From assembly GCA_963821525.1 (NCBI GenBank), contig CAWGED010000005.1:1120001-1184000 (forward strand): a stretch of 64,000 nt of DNA. The letters run 5' to 3'. The DNA comes from an uncultured Gemmatimonadales bacterium (GTDB lineage: Bacteria > Gemmatimonadota > Gemmatimonadetes > Gemmatimonadales > GWC2-71-9). Shown here piece by piece: positions 1 through 11,165 of this stretch. Numbering within the stretch: the stretch's first letter is position 1; each line of letters begins with the position of its first letter. The notes under the pieces were generated by a model. That model did not search any database. It was not told the DNA's origin and was given only the letters and a program-made list of their open reading frames with translations. Position numbers and translations under genes: made by a program.

Positions 1-1341
1 GACGAGACGCTCGACGCGGCCGCGAAGCTGTCGGAGCGCTACATCACCGACCGGTTCCTGCCCGACAAGGCCATCGACGTGATCGACGAGGCCGGCGCCC
101 GCGCCCGTCTGGCCTCCCAGGTGCCGCCGGCCGAGGTGGCCGAGCTCAAGGACGGCGCTGGAGAAGGTGAACCTGGAGAAGGAAGACGCCGTCCGCGACC
201 AGAACTTCGAGCGGGCCGCCTCGCTGCGGGACCAGGAGCGGGACCTGCAGAACCAGATCCGGCTCAAGCAGGAGGAGTGGGAGCGGGAGCGGCAGACCCG
301 CCGCCCGGTGATCGACGAGGAGGAGATCGCCTTCATCGTCTCGCGCTGGACCGGGATTCCGGTCACCCGGCTGCAGGAGGCGGAGACCGCCGCGGCTGCT
401 CCGGATGGAGGACGAGCTGCACCAGCGCGTGGTGGGACAGGACGAGGCCATCAAGGCGGTTTCCCGGGCCATCCGGCGCTCCCGCGCGGGGCTCAAGGAT
501 CCGAAGCGGCCGATCGGCTCGTTCATCTTCTCCGGCCCCACTGGCGTGGGCAAGACCGAGCTGGCCCGCGCGCTCGCCAAGTTCCTGTTCGCCGACGCCT
601 CGGCCCTGATCCGGGTGGACATGTCGGAGTACATGGAGAAGTTCTCGGTCAGCCGGCTGATCGGCGCGCCGCCGGGATACGTCGGCTACGAGGATTCGCG
701 GCACGCTGACCAAGGCCGTGCGCCGGAAGCCCTACTCGGTCGTCCTGCTGGACGAGATCGAGAAGGCGCACCCGGACGTCTTCAACATCCTGCTCCAGGT
801 GCTCGACGAAGGGCATCTGACCGACAACTACGGCCGGGTGATCGACTTCAAGAACACCGTCGTCATCATGACCTCGAACGTCGGCGCCCGCGACATCATG
901 CAGGGCAAGACGCTCGGCTTCCACGGCTCCGACTTCAAGGCCACGTTCGAGAAGATGCAGGAGAAGGTCAAGGACGAGATGAACAAGGTCTTCAACCCCG
1001 AGTTCCTCAACCGGGTGGACGACGTCATCGTGTTCCACCCGCTCCAGAAGGAGCACATCGCGCAGATCGTCACGATCCTGCTCCGCGAGGTGCAGCGCCG
1101 TCTGGGCGACGAGGTCCTGCGGCTTACGCCTGCGGCGCTGGACTTCCTGGTCGAGCAGGGGTACGACCAGAACTACGGCGCGCGGCCGCTGAAGCGCGCA
1201 ATCCAGAAATACGTCGAGGATCCGCTGAGCGAGAAGATCCTGCTCGGCGATTTCGGCCGGGGCGACGAGATCGAGGTGGACGTCGCTCCGGACGGCGAAC
1301 AGCTCTCCTTCCGCGCCCTCACCGGCTCTCCCAAGGCCTGA
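1..1341 (+). CDS. clpC: ATP-dependent Clp protease ATP-binding subunit ClpC, 5'-truncated by the window, about 3 apparent frameshifts (~155, ~390, ~700)
   Basis: Fragments give [22 protein letters not shown]-like coil ([19 protein letters not shown]), Walker [31 protein letters not shown], Walker [10 protein letters not shown] and GARPLKR. Confidence 0.95.
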
Positions 1342-1347
1342 GCCATC

Positions 1348-1376
1348 CGGCGCAGCGGCTTCCTGCCGCTGCGCCG
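1348..1376 (+). other. Intercistronic 12-bp perfect hairpin between clpC and bamA
   Basis: cggcgcagcggc-ttcct-gccgctgcgccg; no U-tract follows. Confidence 0.55.
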
Positions 1377-1388
1377 TCGCGTTTCCGA

Positions 1389-3767
1389 ATGCATCGTTGG
1401 CCTCGCGCCCTTATCGCGTCCGTACTGCTCGCCGCTCCCGCGGCCCTGTCCGCCCAGGATCAGGTGTCTCCGGCGGTGGATAGCGTCTCTGGTCGAAGGC
1501 AATTCGCGCCTCACCGAGTCCCAGATTCTGGGAACCGCCGGCGTGACGCCCCACCAGCCCACCAATTACCGCGACTCCAGCGCGCCATCAGCTCGCTGTT
1601 CAAGACCGGCCAGTTCGACGACGTGACCCTGGAGCAGCGCCCCGAAGGCGATAAGCTCAACCTGGTCATTCACGTGAAAGAGCGCCCGATCCTGCGCAAA
1701 TGGACGGTGCAGGGGGACCGAACGGCTCTCCGAGAGAACGGTCAAGGAGCGAGTCAAGCTGGTGGCAGGGCGCGCCAATCGACCGGGCCGCCGAGGAGCG
1801 GGGACGGGCGTCGATCGATTCGCTCTACGGGCCCAGGGATACTACTCGGCCACGACCAAGCTCAACGAGATCACCGAGGCCGACGGGAAGCTGCTCGTCA
1901 TCTTCGACATTTCCGAGGGCAATCGGGTAGCCATCAGCCAGGTGGACGTTTCGAGGGCAACGAGAAATTCTCCGACAAGCGAGCTGGTCCATCACATGAG
2001 TACCAAGCCGGAAGGTTTCTTCTGGTGGCAGAAGGGAGCCTACGACGACGAGAAGGTCGAGCGGGACCTGCGCGAGCGGCTGCCGCGCCTGGTATGGCCG
2101 TCACGGTTACATCGACTTTCAGGTGACCGCGTGATTCCATCGAGGTGGACTCGACCACGCGGCAAGGCCACGCTGCACCTGGACGTTGACGAGGGCCAGC
2201 GGTACAAGGTGGGCACGTCTCGAGATCGCCGGCAATCGGCGGTTTTCTTCCGAGGAGCTGCTCCAGTTCTATCCCTTCAACGACGGTCCGCGGCGGGCTC
2301 CGGTCGGAGTTCAACGTCGGTCGATTGGGAAGCGGCCACCGAGAAGCATCCAGGACCTCTACGGCAACAACGGTTACATCTACGCCCAGGTCGTTCCCGA
2401 GGAGATCCCGGCGTACCGGGAGCGACGGCAAGGCATACATCGATCTGACCTGGAACATCCGCGAGGGTGCTCCGGCGACCATCAACAAGATCGAGATCGT
2501 GGGGAACGACGTGACCCACGAGCGGGTGATCCGGGACGCGATCGTGCTGCTCCCGGGCGAGCTGTTCAACCGGGACCGGCTGATCCGCAGCTACCAGAAC
2601 ATCTCCAACCTGGGATTTTTCCAGCAGCCGCTCGCCCCACCCGACGTGAAGCCCACCTCCAACAACGTGGACGTGGACATCGTTTTCCGGGTGGAGGAGA
2701 AACGGACCGGTAACATCAACTTCGGCGCCTCACTCGGGCAGGGCACCGGGGTCGGCGGCTTCATCGGGCTCGAGGAGCCGAACCTGTTCGGCCAGGGAAG
2801 AAGGGCCAGCTGCAGTGGCAGTTCGGGCGGAACATCAAGGACTTCACCATCGGCTACACCGATCCGGCCATCCGCGAGAGCCGTATCTCGGGAACCCTGA
2901 CCCTGTTCAATTCGCGCCAGCGTACACGGTCGGCGATCTGGGCCGGCGCAGGCAAATCGGCGGCAGCCTTCAGTTCGGCTTCCCCTTCTTCGGGTCTCGC
3001 TACACCCGCTTCTTCGCGTCCTACGGCTTGCAGGTCATCCAGTTCACGGAAGGTGCCGAGGATCTGCGCCAGCGGTTCCGCTGCTTCAACTGCACTCCGC
3101 TCGACTCTGGGCGGCAGCCTCGTCCGGGACACCCGGATCGACCTCCCCTTCGCCACCGGTGGATCGCTGCTCAACGGCTCGTTGGAATTCAACGGCGGCC
3201 CGCTCGGCGGCACGGGAGACTACCGCAAGATCGATTTCGAAGGCCGCTGGTACGCGCCGCTGGGGACGCATGGGCGGGAATGACCAGCTGGGCAGCGGGA
3301 TCCGTTCGTGCTGGGCCTGACAGCCAAGGCAGGGTTCATCTTCGGAGACGCGGGCCCGTTCTTCACCGAGCTGTATTCGATGGGCGGCATCCAGTTCGGC
3401 ATTCCGCTGCGGGGCTATGAGGAATTCTCGATCACGCCGAACGGGTTCGATCCGCTGGCGGGCGGCAGCTCGGCGGCGAGCCCCGAATCCTTCGGCGGAT
3501 CCTACGCGGCCTTCACGTACCGAGCTGGGCGCCCGGGTGAGCCAGTCGCTCTACTTCGACGTCTTCTTCGATGCGGGTAACGTGTACCGGACTTACTCCC
3601 AGTTCGATCCGAGCCGGCTGTTCCGCGGCGTCGGCGTCGGAGCGGCCGTGATCTCGCCGCTCGGACCCATCGGCATCGACCTGGGTTATGGGTTCGATCG
3701 CCTCGACGTTCGTGGACGGCCCGACCCCGGCTGGAAACTCCACTTCCGGCTGGGCAACTTCTTCTAA
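1389..3767 (+). CDS. bamA: Outer membrane protein assembly factor BamA (POTRA domains + Omp85 barrel), many apparent frameshifts
   Basis: Signal peptide at ATG 1389; POTRA motifs ([37 protein letters not shown]), [22 protein letters not shown] and C-terminal FRLGNFF across successive frames. Confidence 0.9.
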
Positions 3768-3783
3768 TCAGAGGAGTCCGCTG

Positions 3784-4315
3784 ATGATCGGTTCGCTGTC
3801 TGGCAGGCTCGGCCTGGCCCTTGTAGCTCTGACACTGGCTGCTCCCGTTGGCGGCGCAGCAGGGGCAGAAGATCGCCTACATCGACTCGCGTCAGGTGCT
3901 TGCCGCGATGCCGGGGTATGCCCAGGCCGAGTCAACCTACAACAAGGAAGTCCAGGGGTACCGGCAGGAAGTCGAAGGATTGCAGACCGCGCTTGATTCC
4001 GCCGCCGCGGAATTCGATCAGCAATCCGTGATGTTGAGCCCCACCGCCCGGGCCAACAAGCGCAAGGATCTGGAGGCCCAGCGGGATCGGCTGGAGAAGC
4101 GGGCCGCCGATCTGCGCGACAAGGCGGTTTCACGGGAGCGGGAACTGCTCGAGCCGATGCACAGCAAGGTCAACGATGCGCTGGACGCGGTGCGGGCCGA
4201 CGGCAACTACGCCATGATCTTCGACGTGAGCGCCAACTCCGGACTGATCGTCTCCGCGGACAAATCGCTGGACCTAACCGCCAAGGTCGTCGAGCGGCTG
4301 AAGGCCAAACCGTAA
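3784..4315 (+). CDS. skp: OmpH/Skp periplasmic chaperone (frameshift ~3850)
   Basis: Signal peptide, KIAYIDS, long coiled coil, GNYAMIFD..DLTAKVVERL; lies between bamA and lpxD. Confidence 0.88.
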
Positions 4316-4319
4316 GCCG

Positions 4320-5372
4320 ATGACCTCCCATCGCCTTTCCGCGCAGGCGGTCGCCGAGCTGGTCGGTGGCCGCCTGTTCGGCGATGGGGGGGTAGAGCTG
4401 GAAGAGCTCGCTCCGCTGGATCGCGCGGGCGCCCACGCGCTGACCTTTCTCGTCTCTGAACGGTATCTCCCGGAATACCGCCGCTCCCATGCCGGTGCGG
4501 TTCTGGTCGCCGAATCCCTCGCCGAGGCGGCCCGGGGCTCGGCCACCCGCATCATCGTGGCGGACATGGCCAGCGCCCTCCACCGGGTCGCCGCGTTCTT
4601 TACTCCGCCAGCCGCGGCGGTCGAGGGCATCCACCCGTCGGCTCAGCTCGGCGCCAATGTGCAGATTGGTGAAGGGGTCTCGATCGGACCGTTCGTCGTG
4701 GTCGAGGACCGCGCCCGGATCGGTCCGGGGACCCGGCTCGAGGCCGGAGTCTTCCTCGCTGCCGAAGTGGAGATTGGCGCAGACTGCGTGCTCGGTCCGC
4801 ACGCCGTCTGCTATCCCGGTGCCCGATTAGGGAACCGGGTGTGGCTCAAAGCCGGAGCAGTGATTGGAGGAACTGGTTTCGGATTCCTTCCGACACCCAA
4901 GGGACATCAGCGCATGCCCCACCAGGGTTCCTGCATTCTCGAGGATGACGTGGAGGTCGGATCGCACAGCTGCATAGATCGCGGTACCTTTGCCGACACC
5001 ATCATCGGACGAGGCACCAAGATCGACAACCTGGTGCAGATCGGCCATAACGTGCGGGTGGGAGCCCGTTGCCTGATCATGGCGACAACGGGGATTGCCG
5101 GCAGTGTCCAGATCGGCAACGACGTGGTCATCGCTGGCGCAGTGGGCATTGCGGACCGGGCCGTAATCGGCGATGGAGCAACGATCAGTGCCAGGAGCGT
5201 GGTATTCGGCCCCAGCCGGATCGAAGCTGGCAGTGTGGTCGGCGGTTATCCCGCTCGCCCCCATCGCGAATTCCTTCGGGCCCAGGCCGCGCTGTACCGT
5301 CTGGCGCCGCTGGTGAACCGGCTCGAAGCTGTAGCGCGCGGGCTACCCGCGGATGCCTCGTCGGACGCTTGA
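4320..5372 (+). CDS. lpxD: UDP-3-O-acyl-glucosamine N-acyltransferase
   Basis: Hexapeptide repeats; GFGF, IDRG, KIDNLVQIGHNV motifs. Confidence 0.95.
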   Translation: MTSHRLSAQAVAELVGGRLFGDGGVELEELAPLDRAGAHALTFLVSERYLPEYRRSHAGAVLVAESLAEAARGSATRIIVADMASALHRVAAFFTPPAAAVEGIHPSAQLGANVQIGEGVSIGPFVVVEDRARIGPGTRLEAGVFLAAEVEIGADCVLGPHAVCYPGARLGNRVWLKAGAVIGGTGFGFLPTPKGHQRMPHQGSCILEDDVEVGSHSCIDRGTFADTIIGRGTKIDNLVQIGHNVRVGARCLIMATTGIAGSVQIGNDVVIAGAVGIADRAVIGDGATISARSVVFGPSRIEAGSVVGGYPARPHREFLRAQAALYRLAPLVNRLEAVARGLPADASSDA

Positions 5373-6196
5373 GTCCACGGTCGAGCTGGTTGGAGTCGGA
5401 CTCCACACCGGCGCTCAGGTTACAACCCGGTGCTGTCCGGCACCGGCGGGGAAGGGTATCGTTTTCCGCCGGACTGACCTCCCGGACCAGCCCTCGATCC
5501 CGGCCCGACTCGACTGGGTTGGTGCGACCGCTCGCCGCACCCAGCTGCGCCGGAACGGCGTCACCCTGGACACCGTGGAGCACCTGCTCGCGGCCGTCGC
5601 GGCCGAGCAGCTCGACGACTTGATGGTTGAGGTGAACGGGTCCTGAGCTTCCGATACTGGACGGAAGCTTCCAGCCCTGGATCGATTCATTCAGCGCCGG
5701 CGGGCGACGGGAACAGGCCGGCGAGCCGGATCGGCTGCGACTCGAGGAATCCGTCCACTTCAGGGACGGAGACTCGGACTACCGGGCCGTTCCAGGGGAC
5801 TCCGCGCTCTTGTCCGTGACCATCGAATGGCCTCACCCATCGATCGGCCGGCAGAGTGCTGAATTGGAGCTGACGGCAGATTCGTTCCGCCGCGAGATCG
5901 CCAGGGCGAGGACCTTCGGTTTCGCTGCGGAGGTCGAGGCCCTGCAGCGTGAGGGCTTACTGAAGGGGGCTACGCCGGGATGCGCGGTCGTGCTGCCCGA
6001 AGGACCGTTGGACCCGGGCGACCTGCGCTGGCCCAACGAGTTCGCCCGCCACAAACTGGGGGACCTTGCCGGAGACCTCATGCTGCTGGGCGGCAGGCTC
6101 CTCGCCAGGATAGAGGCCACCCGGCCCAGTCACCGCGGCAACGTGGCGTTCGCCGCGGCAATAGCGCGCCTGACCCAACCAGAAGGGAAACGGTGA
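5353..6196 (+). CDS. lpxC: UDP-3-O-acyl-GlcNAc deacetylase (frameshifted near 5640-5700)
   Basis: GVGLHTG, TVEHLLAA, PELPILDGS (after an extra G in a homopolymer), ARARTFGF, EFARHKLGDLAGDL. Confidence 0.92.
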
Positions 6197-6624
6197 TGGA
6201 CATCCGAGCGATTCTCGACCTGCTGCCGCACCGCTATCCGTTCCTGTTGGTGGACCGCATCGTCGAGATGCAGGGCACCGAAAAGATCGTCGGACTCAAG
6301 AACGTCACCATGAACGAGCCCTTCTTTCAGGGTCACTTCCCGGGTCACCCCGTCATGCCCGGCGTTCTCATCGTCGAGGCGATGGCGCAGACGGGCGGGC
6401 TGCTGCTCATGGAGAAGATCACCGACCGGGACAAGAAGGTGGTCTACTTCATGTCGCTCGACAACGTGAAATTCAGGCGCCCGGTGGTTCCCGGAGACCA
6501 GTTGCGGATGGAAGTGGAGATGCTCCAGTTCCGGGGCAAGACCTGCCGCATGAAAGGCGTCGCGTACGTGGATGGCAAGGTCGCCGCCGAGGCCGAAATG
6601 ATGGCGGGTGTCGTGGACAAATGA
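6196..6624 (+). CDS. fabZ: 3-hydroxyacyl-ACP dehydratase
   Basis: LPHRYPFLLVD, EPFFQGHFP, PGVLIVEAMAQ; TGATG coupling to lpxC. Confidence 0.97.
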   Translation: MDIRAILDLLPHRYPFLLVDRIVEMQGTEKIVGLKNVTMNEPFFQGHFPGHPVMPGVLIVEAMAQTGGLLLMEKITDRDKKVVYFMSLDNVKFRRPVVPGDQLRMEVEMLQFRGKTCRMKGVAYVDGKVAAEAEMMAGVVDK

Positions 6625-7393
6625 CCGCTCGCGTTCATCCCACTGCTCTGATCGACCGCACCGCCCGGATTGGCGCGGGGGTCGAAATCGGACCATGGGT
6701 GCTGGTGGGGCCGAATGTCGAAGTGGGGGACGGCTGCAGCCTCGGTCCCAGAGTCACGCTCGAAAGAAACGTGAAGCTGGCCCAGCGAGTCCGGATCGGG
6801 GTGGGAGCGGTTCTGGGCAGCGATCCGCAAGACATTTCCTACCAGGGCGAAGAGACCTGGGTCGAGGTGGGGCCCGACACGGTGATTCGTGAGTTCGTCA
6901 CCATCAATCGCGGCACCAAGGCTTCCGGGGCAACACGGGTTGGGGCGCGCTGCTTCCTGATGACCTATTCGCATCTCGGGCACGACTGCCAGGTCGGCGA
7001 CGACGTAACGATTGCGAACTCGACCGAGATCTCCGGCCACGTGATCATCCAGGATCACGCGAACATCAGTGGCCTGGTAGCGGTTCACCAGTTCGTCACT
7101 ATCGGCACTCACTGCTTCGTCGGCGGCGCCACCCGCGTCAACCAGGATGTGCCACCCTACGTCAAGGCGGTGGGCAACCCCATGGAGCTCTACGGTCTGA
7201 ACGCCGTAGGGCTTCGCAGGGCCGGTTTCTCCGCCGAGGCTATACTGGCTCTGAAACACGCCTATCGGATGGTCTTCAACTCCGACGTTCCTGTCTCCCA
7301 GGCATTGAACGACTGCGCACCACGCCGCAAACCGATGAGGTGGAGCGCTTCCTCTCGTTCCTGGAACAATCGGCTCGCGGGGTTCCCGCATGA
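6621..7393 (+). CDS. lpxA: Acyl-ACP--UDP-GlcNAc O-acyltransferase (frameshift ~7310; likely true stop 7393)
   Basis: PQD, IREFVTINRGT, HLGHDC, VHQFV, GLNAVGLRR; the alternative frame ends SARGVPA* in an ATGA overlap with the next gene. Confidence 0.93.
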
Positions 7394-8364
7394 CCGCGCG
7401 ATTACCGATTGGCGTTGTCGGCGTCGGCGTGCTCGGCCTGCACCACGCCCGGCATCTCTCGCGGCTGGAGGAGGTCGAGCTCGTCGGTTTCTACGACATT
7501 GCTCCATCGCGCAGTCGCGAAGTTGAAGCCGCAGTCGGAGTTCGGGGGTTTGCCGATCTTCACTCGCTCCTGAGCCGGGTGAGTGCGGTAACGATCGCGG
7601 TCCCGACCGCGGACCACGCCACCGTTGGAGTCGCGGCGCTCGAGCGCGGCATTCCGGTCCTCATGGAAAAACCCCTGGCCGGAACGCTTGCCGAGGCCGA
7701 TACGCTCGTCTCCGCGTCGGCCAAAGCCGGGGTCCAGCTCCAGGTAGGGCACATCGAACGGTTCAATCCGGCGCTCAGGGCCGCGGAACCTTACCTCGAC
7801 CGCCCCAGTTTCATCGAAGGCCGGCGACTCGCGCCATTTCAGAACAGAGGTACCGACGTCCCCGTCGTGCTGGATCTCATGATCCACGAACTTGATCTGA
7901 TCCTTCATCTTCTTGGCGGCTCCGAGGCGATGGAGGTCCGCGCGGTTGGTGAGACTGTCCTGTCGTCTCATCTCGACCTCGCACATGCGCGGGTCGAATT
8001 CGGATGCGGTGCGGTGGCGAGCGTCACCGCCTCGCGCATCGCTCGTGAGCGGGTTCGGCGCCTGCGACTTTACCAGGCCGATGGATGCCTTTCGCTCGAC
8101 CTCGCCGCCGGGCGCGGCGAGTTCCTCCGGCTGCGGGAGGGCTGGACCCTGGGCGATCCCGAGGATCTAGCCGAAATCGAGCGGATCCCACTGGAGGCCC
8201 CGCGTGCCGATGCCTTGAAGCTTGAGCTCTTGAGCTTCATTCACGCAGTGCGCGGCGAGCGGGAGGCCGTGGTTCGCGGAGAAGAGGGCAGGGCAGCGGT
8301 CGCCTTGGCGCTCGAGGTTTCCGCTGCCGTTGCGCGCAACGCTCGAACCCTTGCTGCCCCGTGA
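7390..8364 (+). CDS. Gfo/Idh/MocA oxidoreductase, GnnA-like (putative UDP-GlcNAc 3-dehydrogenase)
   Basis: GVGVLG Rossmann motif, MEKP, GHIERFNPA, DLMIHELD; lies between lpxA and lpxB. Confidence 0.85.
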   Translation: MTARLPIGVVGVGVLGLHHARHLSRLEEVELVGFYDIAPSRSREVEAAVGVRGFADLHSLLSRVSAVTIAVPTADHATVGVAALERGIPVLMEKPLAGTLAEADTLVSASAKAGVQLQVGHIERFNPALRAAEPYLDRPSFIEGRRLAPFQNRGTDVPVVLDLMIHELDLILHLLGGSEAMEVRAVGETVLSSHLDLAHARVEFGCGAVASVTASRIARERVRRLRLYQADGCLSLDLAAGRGEFLRLREGWTLGDPEDLAEIERIPLEAPRADALKLELLSFIHAVRGEREAVVRGEEGRAAVALALEVSAAVARNARTLAAP

Positions 8365-9483
8365 CCGATCGCGCTCCCCGTATCCTCGTTTCGGCCGGCG
8401 AGCCTTCCGGAGACCTTCACGCTGCCGGGGTGGTGAAGGCAATCAGGCAACTGCTGCCCAATGCCGTGTTCGAAGCGGTCGGAGGCCCCCGGCTCGAGGC
8501 GGCCGGCGCCGAACCGCGATTCCCAATGGAGCGTCTGAGCCAGCATGGGATTCGGCTCGGTCCTCGCCTCGCTCCCGCTGCACTACCGGCTGTTCCAGTC
8601 GCTCCGGGACGATCTGATCGCCGGTCGCTACGACCTCGCCATCCTGGTGGACTATCCTGGCCTCCATTTGCGGGTAGCCCGGGCCGCGCGGGCGGCCGGG
8701 GTTCCCGTTCTCTACTACATCGCGCCGCAACTCTGGGCTTGGCGACCTGAGCGGGCCACTCGCTTGCGCAGTGACGTAGACCGCCTGGCCGTCATTCTTC
8801 CCTTCGAGGCCGATTTCTTCTCTCGCCTCGGCGTGCCGGCGACCTACGTCGGTCATCCCCTGCTTGACAGAGGGCCTTGGCCGAGCCGGACCGAGGCCCG
8901 GCTCCAGTTGGGGATGTCTTTACAGGACCGGGTTTTAGGTATCTTTCCCGGGAGCCGAAACGCCGAAATTGGGCGCCACTGGCCCCGGTTCCGGGATGCG
9001 GCTTTACAGCTTCTGAATCTGCGGGTGTGCGACCAGGTCATCGTCGCCGCGACGGCGAAGGGGAGCTACTCCGATCCCGGGCCGATCACGCTCTACCGCG
9101 GTGATCCAACGCCGGTTTTTGCCGCGGCGGATGTGGCATTGGCCAAGTCGGGCACCACCACCCTGGAGGCTGCACTGGCGGACACGCCGATGGTGGTGAG
9201 CTACGCCGCGTCCCGGCTGACTCGCGCGATCGGCAAGCGATTGATGACGGTGAAGTGGATCAGTCTGGTGAATCTGATTGCCGGTCGTGCCGTGGTGCCG
9301 GAGTTCTGGCGCGATCCGGTGTCGACGGAGGCATTGGTGGAAGCAGCACGTCCCTTGTTTGAGTCGGAATCGGAATCGCGGAAGCAACAGCTGGCCGGCC
9401 TCGCCGAGGTGCGAGCCCGGCTGGGTGAGGCGGGAGCGGCGAGCCGGGTAGCGCATCTGGCACTTCAGCTGGTAGGGGCATGA
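8361..9483 (+). CDS. lpxB: Lipid-A-disaccharide synthase (frameshift ~8545)
   Basis: AGEPSGDLHAA, VDYPG, APQLWAWR, ILPFE, YVGHPL, PGSR, KSGTTTLE. Confidence 0.95.
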
Positions 9484-10139
9484 GGATCCGGCCGCCAACT
9501 TCTCTCACGAGGCGGCTCGGAGCGCCGCTCGCCTGTGCTCTCGCTTGGTCCTGGCGGCTCGAGGTCGTCCGGCCGGAGTTTTGGCATCAGGTACGCACTA
9601 GCGGTCGGCCTGCGGTCATCATGAGCTGGCACGAGGCGCTGCTACCGGTGCTGTGGCATCACCGGGCGCAGGGAGTTTCCGCGGTGATGAGTGCTGGGCG
9701 AGACGGTCAGCATCTGGCTGCGTTCGCCCGCCGAATCGGCTATCGGATCATCCCTGGGTCAAGCAGTCGTGGCGGTGCACGTGCCTTGCTGCGCGCCGTC
9801 CGCGCGCTGCGCGAAGGACGGGTAGTAGGGTTCACCCCTGACGGCCCCCGTGGCCCTCGCCGGGTCATCAAGCCCGGAGTTCTGCTGGCGGCGCAACGGG
9901 GAGGTGGAGTAGTCGTCCCGGTTCACGCCGAGGCGCATCCGGCCTGGCGGCTGGCATCATGGGACACCATGCTGATTCCGAAGCCATTCGCGAAAGTGCG
10001 AATCGCCTACGGAGCACCGTTTTTCGTGGAGCCCGGAGCGCGGGGTCGCGCCATCGCTGAGGCGCGGGCCCAGGAAAGCCTGGAGGAAGTCACCAGACTG
10101 ACGGCATGGCCAGACGGCGCGGCGATACCCACCGGTTGA
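9480..10139 (+). CDS. DUF374 / lysophospholipid acyltransferase family, LpxJ-like late acyltransferase
   Basis: SWHE, S..RDG, GSSSRGG, TPDGPRGP, SWD...PKPF motifs; between lpxB and lpxK. Confidence 0.8.
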   Translation: MRIRPPTSLTRRLGAPLACALAWSWRLEVVRPEFWHQVRTSGRPAVIMSWHEALLPVLWHHRAQGVSAVMSAGRDGQHLAAFARRIGYRIIPGSSSRGGARALLRAVRALREGRVVGFTPDGPRGPRRVIKPGVLLAAQRGGGVVVPVHAEAHPAWRLASWDTMLIPKPFAKVRIAYGAPFFVEPGARGRAIAEARAQESLEEVTRLTAWPDGAAIPTG

Positions 10140-11149
10140 TTCGCTGGCTGTGGACCAGCCGCCGGGTGGATGCGAGGTTGGCTCGCGCAGCGCTGCTCCC
10201 GCTGTCGGGATTGTGGCGTATTTGGATGGGGATCCGCGTGGCCGGGTTCAGGCTTGGTTGGGTCAAGGTGCACGATCTGCCACTTCCCTCAGTGGCGGTC
10301 GGCAACCTGACGGTGGGAGGCTCGGGCAAGACTCCGGTCGCCATCTGGGTCGCGCAATACTACGCGCACAAGGGACTGGCTCCTGGTGTTTTGCTCAGGG
10401 GCTACGGTGGCGACGAAGCGATGGTACACTCGAAGGCGGTCCCGAGCGCTCACGTGGTGAGCAGCCCGAACCGCGTCGAAGGTGCCGAACGCGCGTTGGC
10501 GAGAGGGGCTCAGGTTCTGGTGCTGGATGACGCCTACCAGCGGCTCGACGTCCGGCGGGACCTGAACATCCTGGTAATCAGCGCCGAGACGACTCGCGCC
10601 GTTCGCTGGCCGCTTCCGGCGGGCCCGTGGCGGGAAGGGTGGTCGGCGATGGACCGGGCCGACTTGGTGATTGTGACCCGGAAGCGCGCAACGGCCGAAG
10701 CAGCGCAACAGCTCGCGGTGGAGCTTCGCGGCAGGGTTCGCTGCCCGGTGGCCATTGCGCACCTGGGATTGGCTCGCCTGGAGGGACTCGTGAGCGCGCG
10801 CAGTCTCCCTCCCTCCACGCTGGCGGGGAAACGGGTGATTGCCGCCTCGGCGATCGCGGATCCCGAAGGGTTCGTGACCCAGACCAAGGCAACGGGAGCC
10901 GCGGTCCAGGTAGCGACCTGGAAGGACCACCATCAGTATGGAGCCGAGGACGTGGCATGGCTGGCGCATGCGGCCCGCCGTGCCGATCACCTGGTCATCA
11001 CCGAGAAGGACGCCGTGAAACTGCGAGACCGTTGGCCAGCGGGCGCTCCCGAACCCCTGGTGGCCGTGTTGGACCTGACATGGGAAGATTCCGGCGATGC
11101 CGTCGCCACGGCGCTCGACGCGGTGATCACGCCGCCGGAGCGTCTGTAA
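10106..11149 (+). CDS. lpxK: Tetraacyldisaccharide 4'-kinase
   Basis: [44 protein letters not shown]. Confidence 0.95.
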   Translation: MARRRGDTHRLIRWLWTSRRVDARLARAALLPLSGLWRIWMGIRVAGFRLGWVKVHDLPLPSVAVGNLTVGGSGKTPVAIWVAQYYAHKGLAPGVLLRGYGGDEAMVHSKAVPSAHVVSSPNRVEGAERALARGAQVLVLDDAYQRLDVRRDLNILVISAETTRAVRWPLPAGPWREGWSAMDRADLVIVTRKRATAEAAQQLAVELRGRVRCPVAIAHLGLARLEGLVSARSLPPSTLAGKRVIAASAIADPEGFVTQTKATGAAVQVATWKDHHQYGAEDVAWLAHAARRADHLVITEKDAVKLRDRWPAGAPEPLVAVLDLTWEDSGDAVATALDAVITPPERL

Positions 11150-11165
11150 ACTCAATGAGGAGCTT

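Noticed and set aside
405..2126. 573-aa ORF suggesting a ClpC-BamA fusion
   Set aside because: A chance open frame joining frameshifted pieces; clpC stops at 1341 and bamA has its own signal peptide at 1389
5640..5650. In-frame TGA in lpxC as possible selenocysteine or readthrough
   Set aside because: Removing one G from the preceding run restores the conserved GPELPILDGS, so an indel explains it
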